64,000 nt of DNA from a virus. The translations under genes and the position numbers were made by a program. Within the stretch, counting starts at the first letter, position 1. Each line of letters starts with the position of its first letter. Shown piece after piece: positions 55,180 through 64,000 of the stretch. Under the pieces are notes generated by a model. That model saw only the letters and a list, made by a program, of their open reading frames with translations. It ran no database searches and was not told the DNA's origin. The stretch spans positions 2,581-66,580 of the IMG/VR virus record IMGVR_UViG_3300030099_006995. One strand, 5' to 3'.

Positions 55180-55787
55180 TAACCGAAGAATCGGGCACCC
55201 AGCGAACGAATCGCACCTCGAGCGTCAGAACGCAGGTACTGCTGCTGCTTTGCACGCTCACCGATATTGAGTCGTTCCTGCTGCCCAGCGGTCACAAGAG
55301 ACTTACGGTCCTCAGATCCTTTGACCCTCATGCCCTTGCGCTGTTCAGAACCAGTCTCCCGAATACCAGCCCGCTGCTCGACACCGGTTGCGGCAATGTT
55401 CAGGCGGTCCTGCGCGCCTTGAGCTCCGATATTCAGACGTTGCTGAGCTCCTGTCTCCTTGATACCGAGACGTTGCTGCGCACCTTGCGTTTCTATCAAG
55501 TCTCCCGCAATGCGGCCCTCAGCACCCATCAACTTGAGCTGGTTACCTGTCTTGAGGTTTTCCATGCCCTGGTTAAGTTTCGCCAGGTGCGAAGACATCG
55601 CGGTGTTGTACTGCAGAGCCAGACCGCTCTGCATCATCGTATTGCCGGCATCCTGGAATGCGCCGGTTACAAAACCCGTAACTAGATCATTGTCCTTGTA
55701 CTTGTTGCCCATATCCGTGAGCAACGAAGCGCCCTGGTCATACAGGTTTCCGCCGATAGTGCTGGCGGTGCTCGCGTAAGAAGACAT
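55179..55787 (-). CDS. internal virion-like protein with 11-aa repeats
   Basis: I-x2-(T/Q)G-x-(Q/E)-(Q/D)R-x2 repeated about 7 times. Confidence 0.65.
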   Translation of the reverse strand: MSSYASTASTIGGNLYDQGASLLTDMGNKYKDNDLVTGFVTGAFQDAGNTMMQSGLALQYNTAMSSHLAKLNQGMENLKTGNQLKLMGAEGRIAGDLIETQGAQQRLGIKETGAQQRLNIGAQGAQDRLNIAATGVEQRAGIRETGSEQRKGMRVKGSEDRKSLVTAGQQERLNIGERAKQQQYLRSDARGAIRSLGARFFG

Positions 55788-55797
55788 CGCTAATAAA

Positions 55798-56277
55798 TCA
55801 GAGGAAATTCAGCAAAATGGCGCCGCCAGTCCGCAGCATGTCCATGGTGTTTTGACGCTTGCGATTATTAGTGTCGGCTTCAATAAGCTTCAACAGGTTG
55901 GCATCCCGAGAATCGAGTTGACGATTCTTGAAGTCGTAACCAGGAGCCGTGATTTTTCCGACAGTATCGGCGTAGTTACCCATTTGACCCTTTTGGTGCT
56001 TCAAAAGGATGGGAGATATCTTTTCGATTGATCTTCGAGTTTCGTCGTTGAAACCCGCGTATGAAGCAAGCTCGGATTGCGTTTGTCGTGTGTCGTTTTT
56101 GAATTGAAAATCAGCCTCTTTCTGCCGTCCTTCAAAATTCGGGTCGGTCAAAGTAGCGTTGGCTGCTTCGACACTTTGGAGATAGCGCTCCGCCATCTCT
56201 TTTCTCTCTCGCTTGCTGTAGCCAGGAAGCTTCAAGATCTCAAGGACCTGCTGAGCTGCTTCGTTCAAACCTTCCAT
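55798..56277 (-). CDS. hypothetical protein
   Basis: ATG ORF within the operon. Confidence 0.55.
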   Translation of the reverse strand: MEGLNEAAQQVLEILKLPGYSKRERKEMAERYLQSVEAANATLTDPNFEGRQKEADFQFKNDTRQTQSELASYAGFNDETRRSIEKISPILLKHQKGQMGNYADTVGKITAPGYDFKNRQLDSRDANLLKLIEADTNNRKRQNTMDMLRTGGAILLNFL

Positions 56278-56279
56278 GT

Positions 56280-56870
56280 CTACTTAAGAAAAGAGTCGAG
56301 AATTGCCCTGGCGCCTCTGGTATCTAGTGCCTTGGCTTGCGGTGTTGCTTCTACTTTAGAAGTTGTGGCAGGAGCGACACTCGTCTGTGCTGGCTGCTGA
56401 GGTTGCCCGCCAAGTGGAATGTTATTTAGCTGGGCTCCGAGAGTAGCCATCGGGTCTAATACTCCAGCTTCTCTCTCGTCATAACGATCCTGAGCAGTCA
56501 CTTTTGAACGATATTGATTCAAAAGCTCCAAAGGCTCAAACATGCCAGACCCACTACCGCTTTTGTTACTGCTGTTAAGCATGCTCATCAGGCGAGCCTT
56601 CTTGGCGTCCTCGCGCCTCATTTCCGCGATTTCCATCGCGTAATCAAGATCCCTTTTCTGCCGAAAGTTGGCGGCTAATTGCCCGAGGCCTTCTCTTGCC
56701 ATGGCTGCTTCCATGGCGAACTGCGTAAATGGGACCTGCACCATGGTTTGTGTGCCAATAGTGCTTTTGACGTCACCAAAGTCGATGCCAGCCTGCAATC
56801 GCTGCAGAGGCAGGCCCGAGGTGCTGGCGCTTGCTACAGCAGCATTAAAAGAGGGAAGTGAATACGCCAT
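56280..56870 (-). CDS. hypothetical protein
   Basis: TGATG coupling. Confidence 0.55.
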   Translation of the reverse strand: MAYSLPSFNAAVASASTSGLPLQRLQAGIDFGDVKSTIGTQTMVQVPFTQFAMEAAMAREGLGQLAANFRQKRDLDYAMEIAEMRREDAKKARLMSMLNSSNKSGSGSGMFEPLELLNQYRSKVTAQDRYDEREAGVLDPMATLGAQLNNIPLGGQPQQPAQTSVAPATTSKVEATPQAKALDTRGARAILDSFLK

Positions 56871-57634
56871 CAAAGAAGTCCCTGCATCAGGAGAGCTTGT
56901 TGCTGAGCAGCGTTCTGCTGCATGTTCAGATTGCTGGCATTCATCCTGTTAAAGAGATTCATGTCTTGAGCAATCTCAGCGTTTCGCCGCGCCACATTGA
57001 TTGCCCGAGCATCTGCCATCTGGGCAATCTTGTCGGCGATCGGTCCCAGGGTTTGAAGTCGCTCAGCGTCGGCTTTAGTTACAGCTCTCTGCTGGCGCAA
57101 ATACTTCTTCTCAGCGCGGCTTTCGTCTGAATCTCCAGTGATCGCGTCATAGATACCGCCCATAGCCTGGCTACCGACCTGAGACCCGAACATCGTCCCA
57201 AGACCACCGCCGGCTAGAGAGCCCAGACCGGCTCCGACAGCAGTACCAATTCCTGGCAGAAGGGCTGTTCCAATCGTTCCGCCGAGCATCATGCCGAGCT
57301 TCTGACCCGCAAGGCCACCGCCAATGACACCTGCTGACTGCACAAGATTGCGACCGACAGGATCGTCGTCCATCATCTCGTTGTAAACGCCAGCGCCGAG
57401 AGTCAGAGCTGTCAGTGCCGGGAAGAACCTTGGGTTTGCAGCTTGAAATCGAGCAACCTTTTCCGGCACTTGCCGGACAGCTCCTGCAAATGCGCCCGCT
57501 CCTGGAATACCTCCCCCGGCCGTGCTGGGCACGCCGCCATATCTCGCGGCCCCATATCCGGCTGCATAGGGAGCAGATGCCGCTAAGACATCCGCCATTG
57601 GCACAATTGCGCTTCTATTAGGTCTCTGTGCCAC
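56870..57634 (-). CDS. glycine-zipper membrane protein (possible ejection protein)
   Basis: GGTIGTALLPGIGTAVGAGLGSLAGG. Confidence 0.6.
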   Translation of the reverse strand: MAQRPNRSAIVPMADVLAASAPYAAGYGAARYGGVPSTAGGGIPGAGAFAGAVRQVPEKVARFQAANPRFFPALTALTLGAGVYNEMMDDDPVGRNLVQSAGVIGGGLAGQKLGMMLGGTIGTALLPGIGTAVGAGLGSLAGGGLGTMFGSQVGSQAMGGIYDAITGDSDESRAEKKYLRQQRAVTKADAERLQTLGPIADKIAQMADARAINVARRNAEIAQDMNLFNRMNASNLNMQQNAAQQQALLMQGLL

Positions 57635-57671
57635 TACAGACTGCCAAGATCTTTATGCACATTCTATAAAC

Positions 57672-58475
57672 CTAATCTTCCATATAACTAAACTTCTCTG
57701 GCTCCACCCAAGGCACTTTGTCCACGTTGGATTCAATCTCAAATCCAAGCTTTGGGCAGTAAACAACTTTCTTGTCTGACTCACGATCAACGCAAGCAGT
57801 ACACGCGTGCACATAGTCAGCGTTATACAACTGCCCGGCACGTTCACCCCAGACTCCATCAGTTTTGACATACCGAGCTTTGTCATACGGAACATCGTTG
57901 TCTTCGATGTACTGCCAGACATCTTCGTGAGTCCAGTCCCTGAGCGGGAAAAACAGATTCATATGGCCAGGGACCATGCGCCCCTGGACTCGAGTGCCGG
58001 CATCACCACCCAAGACATTGTCAGTGTCACAGCGCTTGTGTCCCACGAAACCTGCTTCACACTTGCTGACGACCAAGCGCTCTTGTTTAGGGCGATCAAG
58101 CATGTCAATCGCACATGCCCAGGGCATCCCTTCTTCTGGAGGGACGATCCCTGATGGACACGTCATATACGAGTCATTGAGCATGTACCAGTTCTGGACC
58201 TCGAACTCATCCCCCGTCTGCTGCATGGCCGACTTGAAGGGATGCCAGGTCCAAGCCATCAACTCCCATTCGCGAATGATGTAGTCCTGGAATGCGTACT
58301 TATGGGGCTGCCAGGGCTCCCGATAAAAGATTACTGGCAGTTCAAAGCCGCAGTCACGCATCAGGTGCAACAGCACCATGCTGTCCTTGCCGCCAGACCA
58401 GTACACAACACTGTGAGGGTTGTGCGCTACGCCCGATTCAATTATGTCAATTGCGCTTAAAAACTTCTCTCGCAC
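57672..58475 (-). CDS. PAPS reductase-family (PP-loop) protein
   Basis: WSGGKDSMVLLHL, VGHKRCD, FPLRDWTHEDVWQYI, CTAC. Confidence 0.85.
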   Translation of the reverse strand: MREKFLSAIDIIESGVAHNPHSVVYWSGGKDSMVLLHLMRDCGFELPVIFYREPWQPHKYAFQDYIIREWELMAWTWHPFKSAMQQTGDEFEVQNWYMLNDSYMTCPSGIVPPEEGMPWACAIDMLDRPKQERLVVSKCEAGFVGHKRCDTDNVLGGDAGTRVQGRMVPGHMNLFFPLRDWTHEDVWQYIEDNDVPYDKARYVKTDGVWGERAGQLYNADYVHACTACVDRESDKKVVYCPKLGFEIESNVDKVPWVEPEKFSYMED

Positions 58476-58505
58476 GACGAAAGCACTTTCGCCGAATGTA
58501 CCGAG

Positions 58506-58925
58506 TTAGATCAGAGCGCCAACAGCCGCACCACCAGCTACGCCAACAGCTCCGATGATTGAATTAGTCCGATTAGCACTACGGTTTTTAGATGCCTGCT
58601 TCGCGGCCATTTCTGCCTGGATCTTGGCGGCCTCCATGTCACCCATTGCGCCAATCGCGCTACTGGCCATATCCATTTCCATATCAAGGTTGCCAAGCGC
58701 GCCTCCTAGCCCGGCTTCCATGCCGGAGCCATCAGAACCCGGGTAACCCCCGCCAAGCGCTGCTCCAATCCCACCCATTTGATCGCCGAAGTTTGAGCCG
58801 TAAGACCGAGCGTTATCGGAGCTAAACAGCTCAAAGTCGCCGAGACCCATTTGCATCTCTTTGCGCTTTTTCTGCTCTTTTGCAGCCTCTGCCAGGACCT
58901 GGACAGGATCAAGTGAAAAGGGCAT
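58506..58925 (-). CDS. putative DNA-ejection/pilot protein
   Basis: G/A/M-rich with hydrophobic C-terminal helix. Confidence 0.5.
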   Translation of the reverse strand: MPFSLDPVQVLAEAAKEQKKRKEMQMGLGDFELFSSDNARSYGSNFGDQMGGIGAALGGGYPGSDGSGMEAGLGGALGNLDMEMDMASSAIGAMGDMEAAKIQAEMAAKQASKNRSANRTNSIIGAVGVAGGAAVGALI

Positions 58926-58930
58926 TGTTT

Positions 58931-59386
58931 TTACCAGCCTTTGCTAAAAGGGTTATTCCAAAAAGGGTTTGAGCCAGAACCACCACTAGATGCACCAGTG
59001 ATCGGAGGCAGTGGTGGGGGCTTGGCCCAACCTGAGGTTGAGTCAGGGAGTGGGCCGTCATACGGCGTAAACGATGGACTCCCGTATCGATCGTTCAAGT
59101 AATTCTGTTGAGCGTACATATTTCCAATGCCAGCACTTAGGCCACTGCCAAGTACATTGCCAATAGAGCCAAAGATGGCATTGCTCCGGGCTGCAGATCG
59201 CTCTGCGGAGGCACGATCAGCCATCATTTGTGCGCCATATTCAGCGGCACGAATCTTGGCCGCATTACGAATACCTTGTGCTGCAGCACTGGTCTCTAAC
59301 TTCTGGTTAATACGAGGGGCAGCGCCCATTGTCTGAACGCCAGCCCTCGATAGAACCTTATTAAATCCACCGACGTTAAATGGCAT
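58931..59386 (-). CDS. putative DNA-ejection/pilot protein (paralogue-like of 58506..58925)
   Basis: AAKI.A...RSA.R.N.I.G..G shared between the two. Confidence 0.5.
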   Translation of the reverse strand: MPFNVGGFNKVLSRAGVQTMGAAPRINQKLETSAAAQGIRNAAKIRAAEYGAQMMADRASAERSAARSNAIFGSIGNVLGSGLSAGIGNMYAQQNYLNDRYGSPSFTPYDGPLPDSTSGWAKPPPLPPITGASSGGSGSNPFWNNPFSKGW

Positions 59387-60705
59387 CAGTTATTGGACTC
59401 CTCTGGTTGCGGAGCTCTACCTTTGAGCGCCCGCCTCATTGATTCTAAAACGTATCCAGATAGTGCAGATCCAGCTGTATATGCCGAGGTATTTGCAATT
59501 ACAGAACCAGCAACTTTGCTTTCGTTGCGCTGTACTTGATCCTCATATGCTTTCTTTGTTCTTGCGATTTCTTCCTCTGATCGATTCTTCGCACCTCTCT
59601 TTGTAGCCGTCCGATATGCCTCTTGCAGCTGTGCCTCTTTCCGATAACCCTGTTCACCCACGGCTTGCACACCGCGCTTGATGCCTCGACGTGCGCCTAG
59701 AACAGCGCCGGCCATCGGCAGGATGCCAGTCGCAAGTGGGATGCTCTTGCCCATGAAGGTCACTTCAGGACCTTGGATGCCGTCAACCGTTGCCTTGATC
59801 GGCGAGCTGCCTTCAAAGAGATACCGCTTGTAGGCGTTGTACTCCTGACGGCTCACATCAGGCCGTTCCTTGACGAACTCCTCGTAAGGCAACAAGCGTC
59901 CAGCCCGCCCCAGGAAATAGCGATTGACCAGTTCAGCTGCTGGGTTGTCCGTTGAACGTGGATCTGTCTCACTCGGAGCAGCTGCCTTATAGCCGGGTTG
60001 GCGCATGAAGTTGCCAATACCCATAGAAGTTGCAATCCAGGCAGGGGCTGCAGCCGCCATCCGCAAGTTGCGATTTCGGATTAGTGCTTGGTTTTCGTTG
60101 AGAATCGGCTGCCCACCAGCGCTGCGATTCAGCTCACGGGCCTGGTTGGCGCTGGCTTGCCGCATGCCCTGGAACATCGCCACCTGAGCGACTGCCTGGG
60201 GTGCATTTAGGAACCACCAGACATTTCGCATGCCATCGCTGGCCAGGTCAGCCGCAACAACACCAGCAGCCTGCGTCGCTCGCGCCTTGACGTCGCCTGG
60301 TTTGAGAGTGACTTCTGTGCCATCAGCCAGTGGGGCCTTGCCGATCTCGACGGTGGCTCTACGCAAGTCAGGGTTCTCAGCCCGCGCTTTTGAGTAAGCC
60401 TGCTTGTCCTCTGGAGACATCCCGCCAAGCTTGGTCCCCATGAACCCCACCTTGAGGTTCTCAGGCAAGACGCTGGCGACCAATCGGCCGACCATGGTGT
60501 CGCCGACCTGGTACGGAGCGATTTGCTGGATAGCTGCAGGCAAAGGAGCCGATTGCAGCATTTCAGCAGCGGGGGACACCTCGAGCTGAAGGCTTGGTAG
60601 TTGAGAACGCTTGTATTTCTCGTACTCCTTACCGGAGCCACGGAAAGCTGCCTCAAAAACAGGGCCGAGTTCTTTTAGTCCCGGATCCTTTGGAAATTCC
60701 GCCAT
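59386..60705 (-). CDS. hypothetical protein (possible internal virion protein)
   Basis: 439 aa ORF, TGATG coupling. Confidence 0.6.
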   Translation of the reverse strand: MAEFPKDPGLKELGPVFEAAFRGSGKEYEKYKRSQLPSLQLEVSPAAEMLQSAPLPAAIQQIAPYQVGDTMVGRLVASVLPENLKVGFMGTKLGGMSPEDKQAYSKARAENPDLRRATVEIGKAPLADGTEVTLKPGDVKARATQAAGVVAADLASDGMRNVWWFLNAPQAVAQVAMFQGMRQASANQARELNRSAGGQPILNENQALIRNRNLRMAAAAPAWIATSMGIGNFMRQPGYKAAAPSETDPRSTDNPAAELVNRYFLGRAGRLLPYEEFVKERPDVSRQEYNAYKRYLFEGSSPIKATVDGIQGPEVTFMGKSIPLATGILPMAGAVLGARRGIKRGVQAVGEQGYRKEAQLQEAYRTATKRGAKNRSEEEIARTKKAYEDQVQRNESKVAGSVIANTSAYTAGSALSGYVLESMRRALKGRAPQPEESNN

Positions 60706-61235
60706 TAGCTCAACGCCCTCCCGCCAATAGCGCCAGCACCGAGGAGAAGACTGATTAACTCTTGCTGTGCCTGAGCTTCAGACATCTCCTGAGTTAGCTG
60801 TTGCTGTGCAGCCTGTTGCGCCTGCTGCTTCTTGTACTCCTCTTCCGTGATGCGATTGAGGGCGCCCTCGAATACAGGGCGAGGGGTATACATGTTGACC
60901 GGGGCGCCGACCATGAGGTCACCCATGGTTGCGGCGAGATCAACCGCCTCCCGGCCCATACCTAGCTTTCTGCCAGCTAACCGCGCAGCGCCGCCACCAA
61001 GCAGCTGACCGCCAAGGGATCCAAGTAATCCAATGCCGAGATCCTCTGCTGCAACCCCGGCCCTCTCCATGCCAGTTGCACCAGGCGGCAGCGTGGATGC
61101 ACTCAATCCTGAATACAGCAAGTCGGGGGCGTAACGAGCAGCTAGCTGCCCGTATGCAATCTTCCCGGCTTCATTGGTCGGAACCAGAATGCTTTTTGCG
61201 CCCTGCAAGAAGGGCTTCAGTGCTGCGAGCCTCAT
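60705..61235 (-). CDS. hypothetical protein
   Basis: TAATG coupling; hydrophobic Gly-rich segments. Confidence 0.55.
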   Translation of the reverse strand: MRLAALKPFLQGAKSILVPTNEAGKIAYGQLAARYAPDLLYSGLSASTLPPGATGMERAGVAAEDLGIGLLGSLGGQLLGGGAARLAGRKLGMGREAVDLAATMGDLMVGAPVNMYTPRPVFEGALNRITEEEYKKQQAQQAAQQQLTQEMSEAQAQQELISLLLGAGAIGGRALS

Positions 61236-61237
61236 GA

Positions 61238-61624
61238 TTAAGCAGCTCCTTCAGGAGGTGGGCCGCCAGGGCCTGGGGGCGGAGGAGGTCCACCCAGAGA
61301 GAACGGACCACTGGACCATTGCATGGCCCACTTCTTCAAGTTGTCCTGGTTATTAACTAGATCCCGGTTATTAGCGACAGCGCCGAACTCGCCATTGATG
61401 CCGCCGATCAACGCATCACCAGCAAAACGGGAGTTGTACTTAGGCGATGCCGCCTTTTGGGCAGAACCGTGCTCGTAACCGAAAGCGCCAGCGCTGGTCT
61501 CCTCTTTATCGTTCTTGCTCTGAATAGCCATCTCCAGAGTCCGAGCAATCGAACCTGGACCGGCACTCATAATCTTGTAACCCGGCGTTCTATCTCGCCA
61601 GGTTGTCCAAGAACTTACGGACAC
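61238..61624 (-). CDS. hypothetical protein (RxAG motif)
   Basis: SRFAGDAL; Pro-rich C-terminus. Confidence 0.55.
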   Translation of the reverse strand: MSVSSWTTWRDRTPGYKIMSAGPGSIARTLEMAIQSKNDKEETSAGAFGYEHGSAQKAASPKYNSRFAGDALIGGINGEFGAVANNRDLVNNQDNLKKWAMQWSSGPFSLGGPPPPPGPGGPPPEGAA

Positions 61625-61657
61625 GCTTATACGCCGCTATTTCTTAAATGTTAGCTA

Positions 61658-61798
61658 TTAGGACTTTTTGTCTTCTTTGTTCTTGCTCTTGAAATGCTCG
61701 AGAAGCTCCTTGGGCATTTTGCCGTCTTTGCTTTTCTTGGACTCACCTTTCATGTGAGCCTTGGCTTTTTCTTTAGCGGAATGCTTGCTGTTGTTCAT
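61658..61798 (-). CDS. small Lys-rich protein
   Basis: 46 aa MNNSKHSAKEKAK...KMPKELLEHFK. Confidence 0.5.
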   Translation of the reverse strand: MNNSKHSAKEKAKAHMKGESKKSKDGKMPKELLEHFKSKNKEDKKS

Positions 61799-61803
61799 AG
61801 GAA

Positions 61804-63999
61804 TCAAAGACCAAATTTACGGCGTGCGGCCATGAGGAATGCATCCTCTTTACGGGGTGCATTGAGAAATTCACCAGGCTCTTGACCGCGAGCCTTGGCT
61901 TCCTCAGGCGGCGGGGCCACCTGAGATGTGCGGACTTCTCCGCCAAGAAGGTTGCCGAGGCGGACCTGGCCCCCTTCGCCAACGTTCCTGCGGATGACAT
62001 CGGCCAGATACTGCGCCTGTCCCTCGTTCGTCATCGAAGGAGAGACGCCTTGTGCCGCCGAATCGTCCATCCGCCCCTGGAGCATCTCCAGAACCTTGGC
62101 TTTCAGCTTCCGTTCACGCTGCGTATCCGGCACACCTTCGTACTGAGTGCGGTCGTAGACCCTGATTCCGGAGTTATCGCGCTTGTCGTAGCTCGATCCG
62201 CCCGCTTTGAGCTGTTCTTCGTCCTCAAACGTGCCAGATCTGCCATCACTCGCCATTTCGAGGCCCTCGCCTACCTCGATTTCTTCGCGCTGCGCCAAAT
62301 CAGAGGCGTCAACACCGAATTTTTCGGTAAATGCCCGCTCTGCGGCCACCGGAGAGAGGTCGCCATAACCCAAGAACCGGGGGCCATAGCGCTCAGCCTT
62401 CATAACCTCGCGACCGGCGATTTCTTGTACGGCTTCTTCCAGCAATTGCCGTGCATACGTGCCCTGACGCAGGCCAGGCGCGGCTTTCTCTAGTTGTTCA
62501 ATAGAGATCTCGCCGCTCAGAAGCTTGGGAGCAAGGATGTCGCGGTAGGCATTTGCCGTTCTCGGCTCATCCATTGCGTTGCCGGCGATCATGTCGGCGT
62601 CGACATCCTTGTATTTGACTGCGCTTTCGCCGAGAACACGACGATTAAAGAAGTCTCTGATGTCTGCCTGGGTGTCAGACCGCTCAACTCCGTAGCGAGC
62701 ACCCCCTTCGACGTAGCTGGCGGGACCAACTTGGCGTGAGTCGTAGGCGTCATCGATCCGATAGTTGCCGGTCAGCTTGCCTCCAACAATCTGAGGGGTG
62801 AGTTGCGTCGTCGTTCCATCCGGGCGGCGCAAAAAGACCTTGTTCGCGCCAGTGACTTGCTCCGGCTGGAGCAGTTGGCGGTCCTCCATTTCAGGCCCGG
62901 AGAAAAACTCAAAGCCTTTTGCGGCCGCTTGACGGACTCGGTTGGCACTCAAGACCTGTTTTTTGCCCTGCGCAGGGACCTTGACGTTCCGAACACCGAC
63001 ATAGGGGGCAACTTGCTGCCGGACCTTGTCGCTATCTCCCTTGAAAGGATTGCCGATTCGGTAGAGCTTCTCTGGATAGATCTCTACTTCGCTGAATCGA
63101 TTATTTCGATCGGGCACTTCAAGAGGCGTCGTCTTCTGAGTCCCGTCCTCCTGCATAACTTTGTAAACAGGGGCGTAAATACCTGTTTTTCCGACAGTAA
63201 TGCTGTCTTCAGGGAAGCGAGCCATAGCCTGGCTCTCTGTCATGTCGAGCTTGATCAGGCCAACAAGAGTGCCTGCCGTGCCATCTTTCTTCAGGTACTT
63301 CTCGTAGTTGACTGGATTCAGCGTGTTTAACGGCCGGAAACGCCCAGTTTTGGCGCCTTTTACCAGGGCTGACTCGAAGATTGTTGGGGTTTCGGCTGCA
63401 ACCTTCGCCTCCTTCTGGACAGTGCCAATCGGCACCTCTCGTGATTGAGCGCTTGTAAACGGATTGTCGAGATCAGCGTCCTCGGTGTAGGCGATCGCTG
63501 AAGGATCGATCTTTGCGACCTCGATCTGCCCCCTATCACGGCCTGAGGGGATCGCGAATTGCCCCGTTCTCTGGACGACAGGAATATCAACCGTGCCAAA
63601 GGGATTTGGCGTGAACGGCTGCTTGGCGGTCAAGCTGCCAGTCGTCGGATCAACTGCTGTGAACTGGCCGTACTTCAGATTCTTATTTTCCTCTGCGTCA
63701 AACGTGTCGCTGGCGGCAGCAGCACCACGCACGTATTCGTTGTACAGCTCTTGATCAATCGGGTCATCCGAATTCGCCAATGCCTCTAGCACTGCGATCG
63801 GGCTAGCTGCATCCTTATTGCGTGGATCAAAACCAGTGCTTTCAGCAGCACGGCGAACTTTGCGATCCAGCAGCGATGAACCTTCGCCAACTGGAGTTAT
63901 TTGTCGCTGGACTGGAACGTCTCGGTAATACCCAGCCGGCAGCCCTGGAATATCCGCCCCTTGAGGTGCTGGGCCACGCCGACGCCGGGGATCATTTGG
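61804..63999 (-). CDS. large hypothetical protein, likely internal virion protein (5' end outside window)
   Basis: Frame stays open from 63792 to the window edge. Confidence 0.65.
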   Translation of the reverse strand, partial: PNDPRRRRGPAPQGADIPGLPAGYYRDVPVQRQITPVGEGSSLLDRKVRRAAESTGFDPRNKDAASPIAVLEALANSDDPIDQELYNEYVRGAAAASDTFDAEENKNLKYGQFTAVDPTTGSLTAKQPFTPNPFGTVDIPVVQRTGQFAIPSGRDRGQIEVAKIDPSAIAYTEDADLDNPFTSAQSREVPIGTVQKEAKVAAETPTIFESALVKGAKTGRFRPLNTLNPVNYEKYLKKDGTAGTLVGLIKLDMTESQAMARFPEDSITVGKTGIYAPVYKVMQEDGTQKTTPLEVPDRNNRFSEVEIYPEKLYRIGNPFKGDSDKVRQQVAPYVGVRNVKVPAQGKKQVLSANRVRQAAAKGFEFFSGPEMEDRQLLQPEQVTGANKVFLRRPDGTTTQLTPQIVGGKLTGNYRIDDAYDSRQVGPASYVEGGARYGVERSDTQADIRDFFNRRVLGESAVKYKDVDADMIAGNAMDEPRTANAYRDILAPKLLSGEISIEQLEKAAPGLRQGTYARQLLEEAVQEIAGREVMKAERYGPRFLGYGDLSPVAAERAFTEKFGVDASDLAQREEIEVGEGLEMASDGRSGTFEDEEQLKAGGSSYDKRDNSGIRVYDRTQYEGVPDTQRERKLKAKVLEMLQGRMDDSAAQGVSPSMTNEGQAQYLADVIRRNVGEGGQVRLGNLLGGEVRTSQVAPPPEEAKARGQEPGEFLNAPRKEDAFLMAARRKFGL

Positions 64000-64000
64000 G

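Overview
This window is part of a temperate cyanophage genome, most likely infecting marine Synechococcus; no host chromosomal genes are recognisable. Replication and regulation (1-16 kb): two ssDNA-binding-type genes, a PD-(D/E)XK exonuclease, an XRE repressor, a primase/VapE helicase followed by a candidate origin, dCMP deaminase, ThyX and a DUF5664 dNTP diphosphohydrolase. Lysogeny (18.6-20.9 kb): excisionase, tyrosine integrase, an intact lambda-style attP and tRNA-Ala(GGC). Host-interaction genes: NblA-like (probably two), ferredoxin, CP12-like, DUF3288 and an outer-membrane beta-barrel. Morphogenesis, mostly on the minus strand: TerL, portal, scaffold, major capsid, Gly-rich and carbohydrate-binding fibres, a two-domain endolysin and many probable internal virion proteins; no tape-measure or sheath gene was recognised. 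The best unexplained signals are three pseudoknotted candidate ncRNAs (about 2.7-2.95, 18.0-18.1 and 44.25-44.38 kb), an R-x-A-G motif shared by at least 8 unrelated small proteins, a 21-bp site shared by attP and the candidate origin, a split DUF5872-like gene, and two degenerate LAGLIDADG proteins divergent from the capsid gene. All family assignments were made by eye from motifs; no database searches were run.
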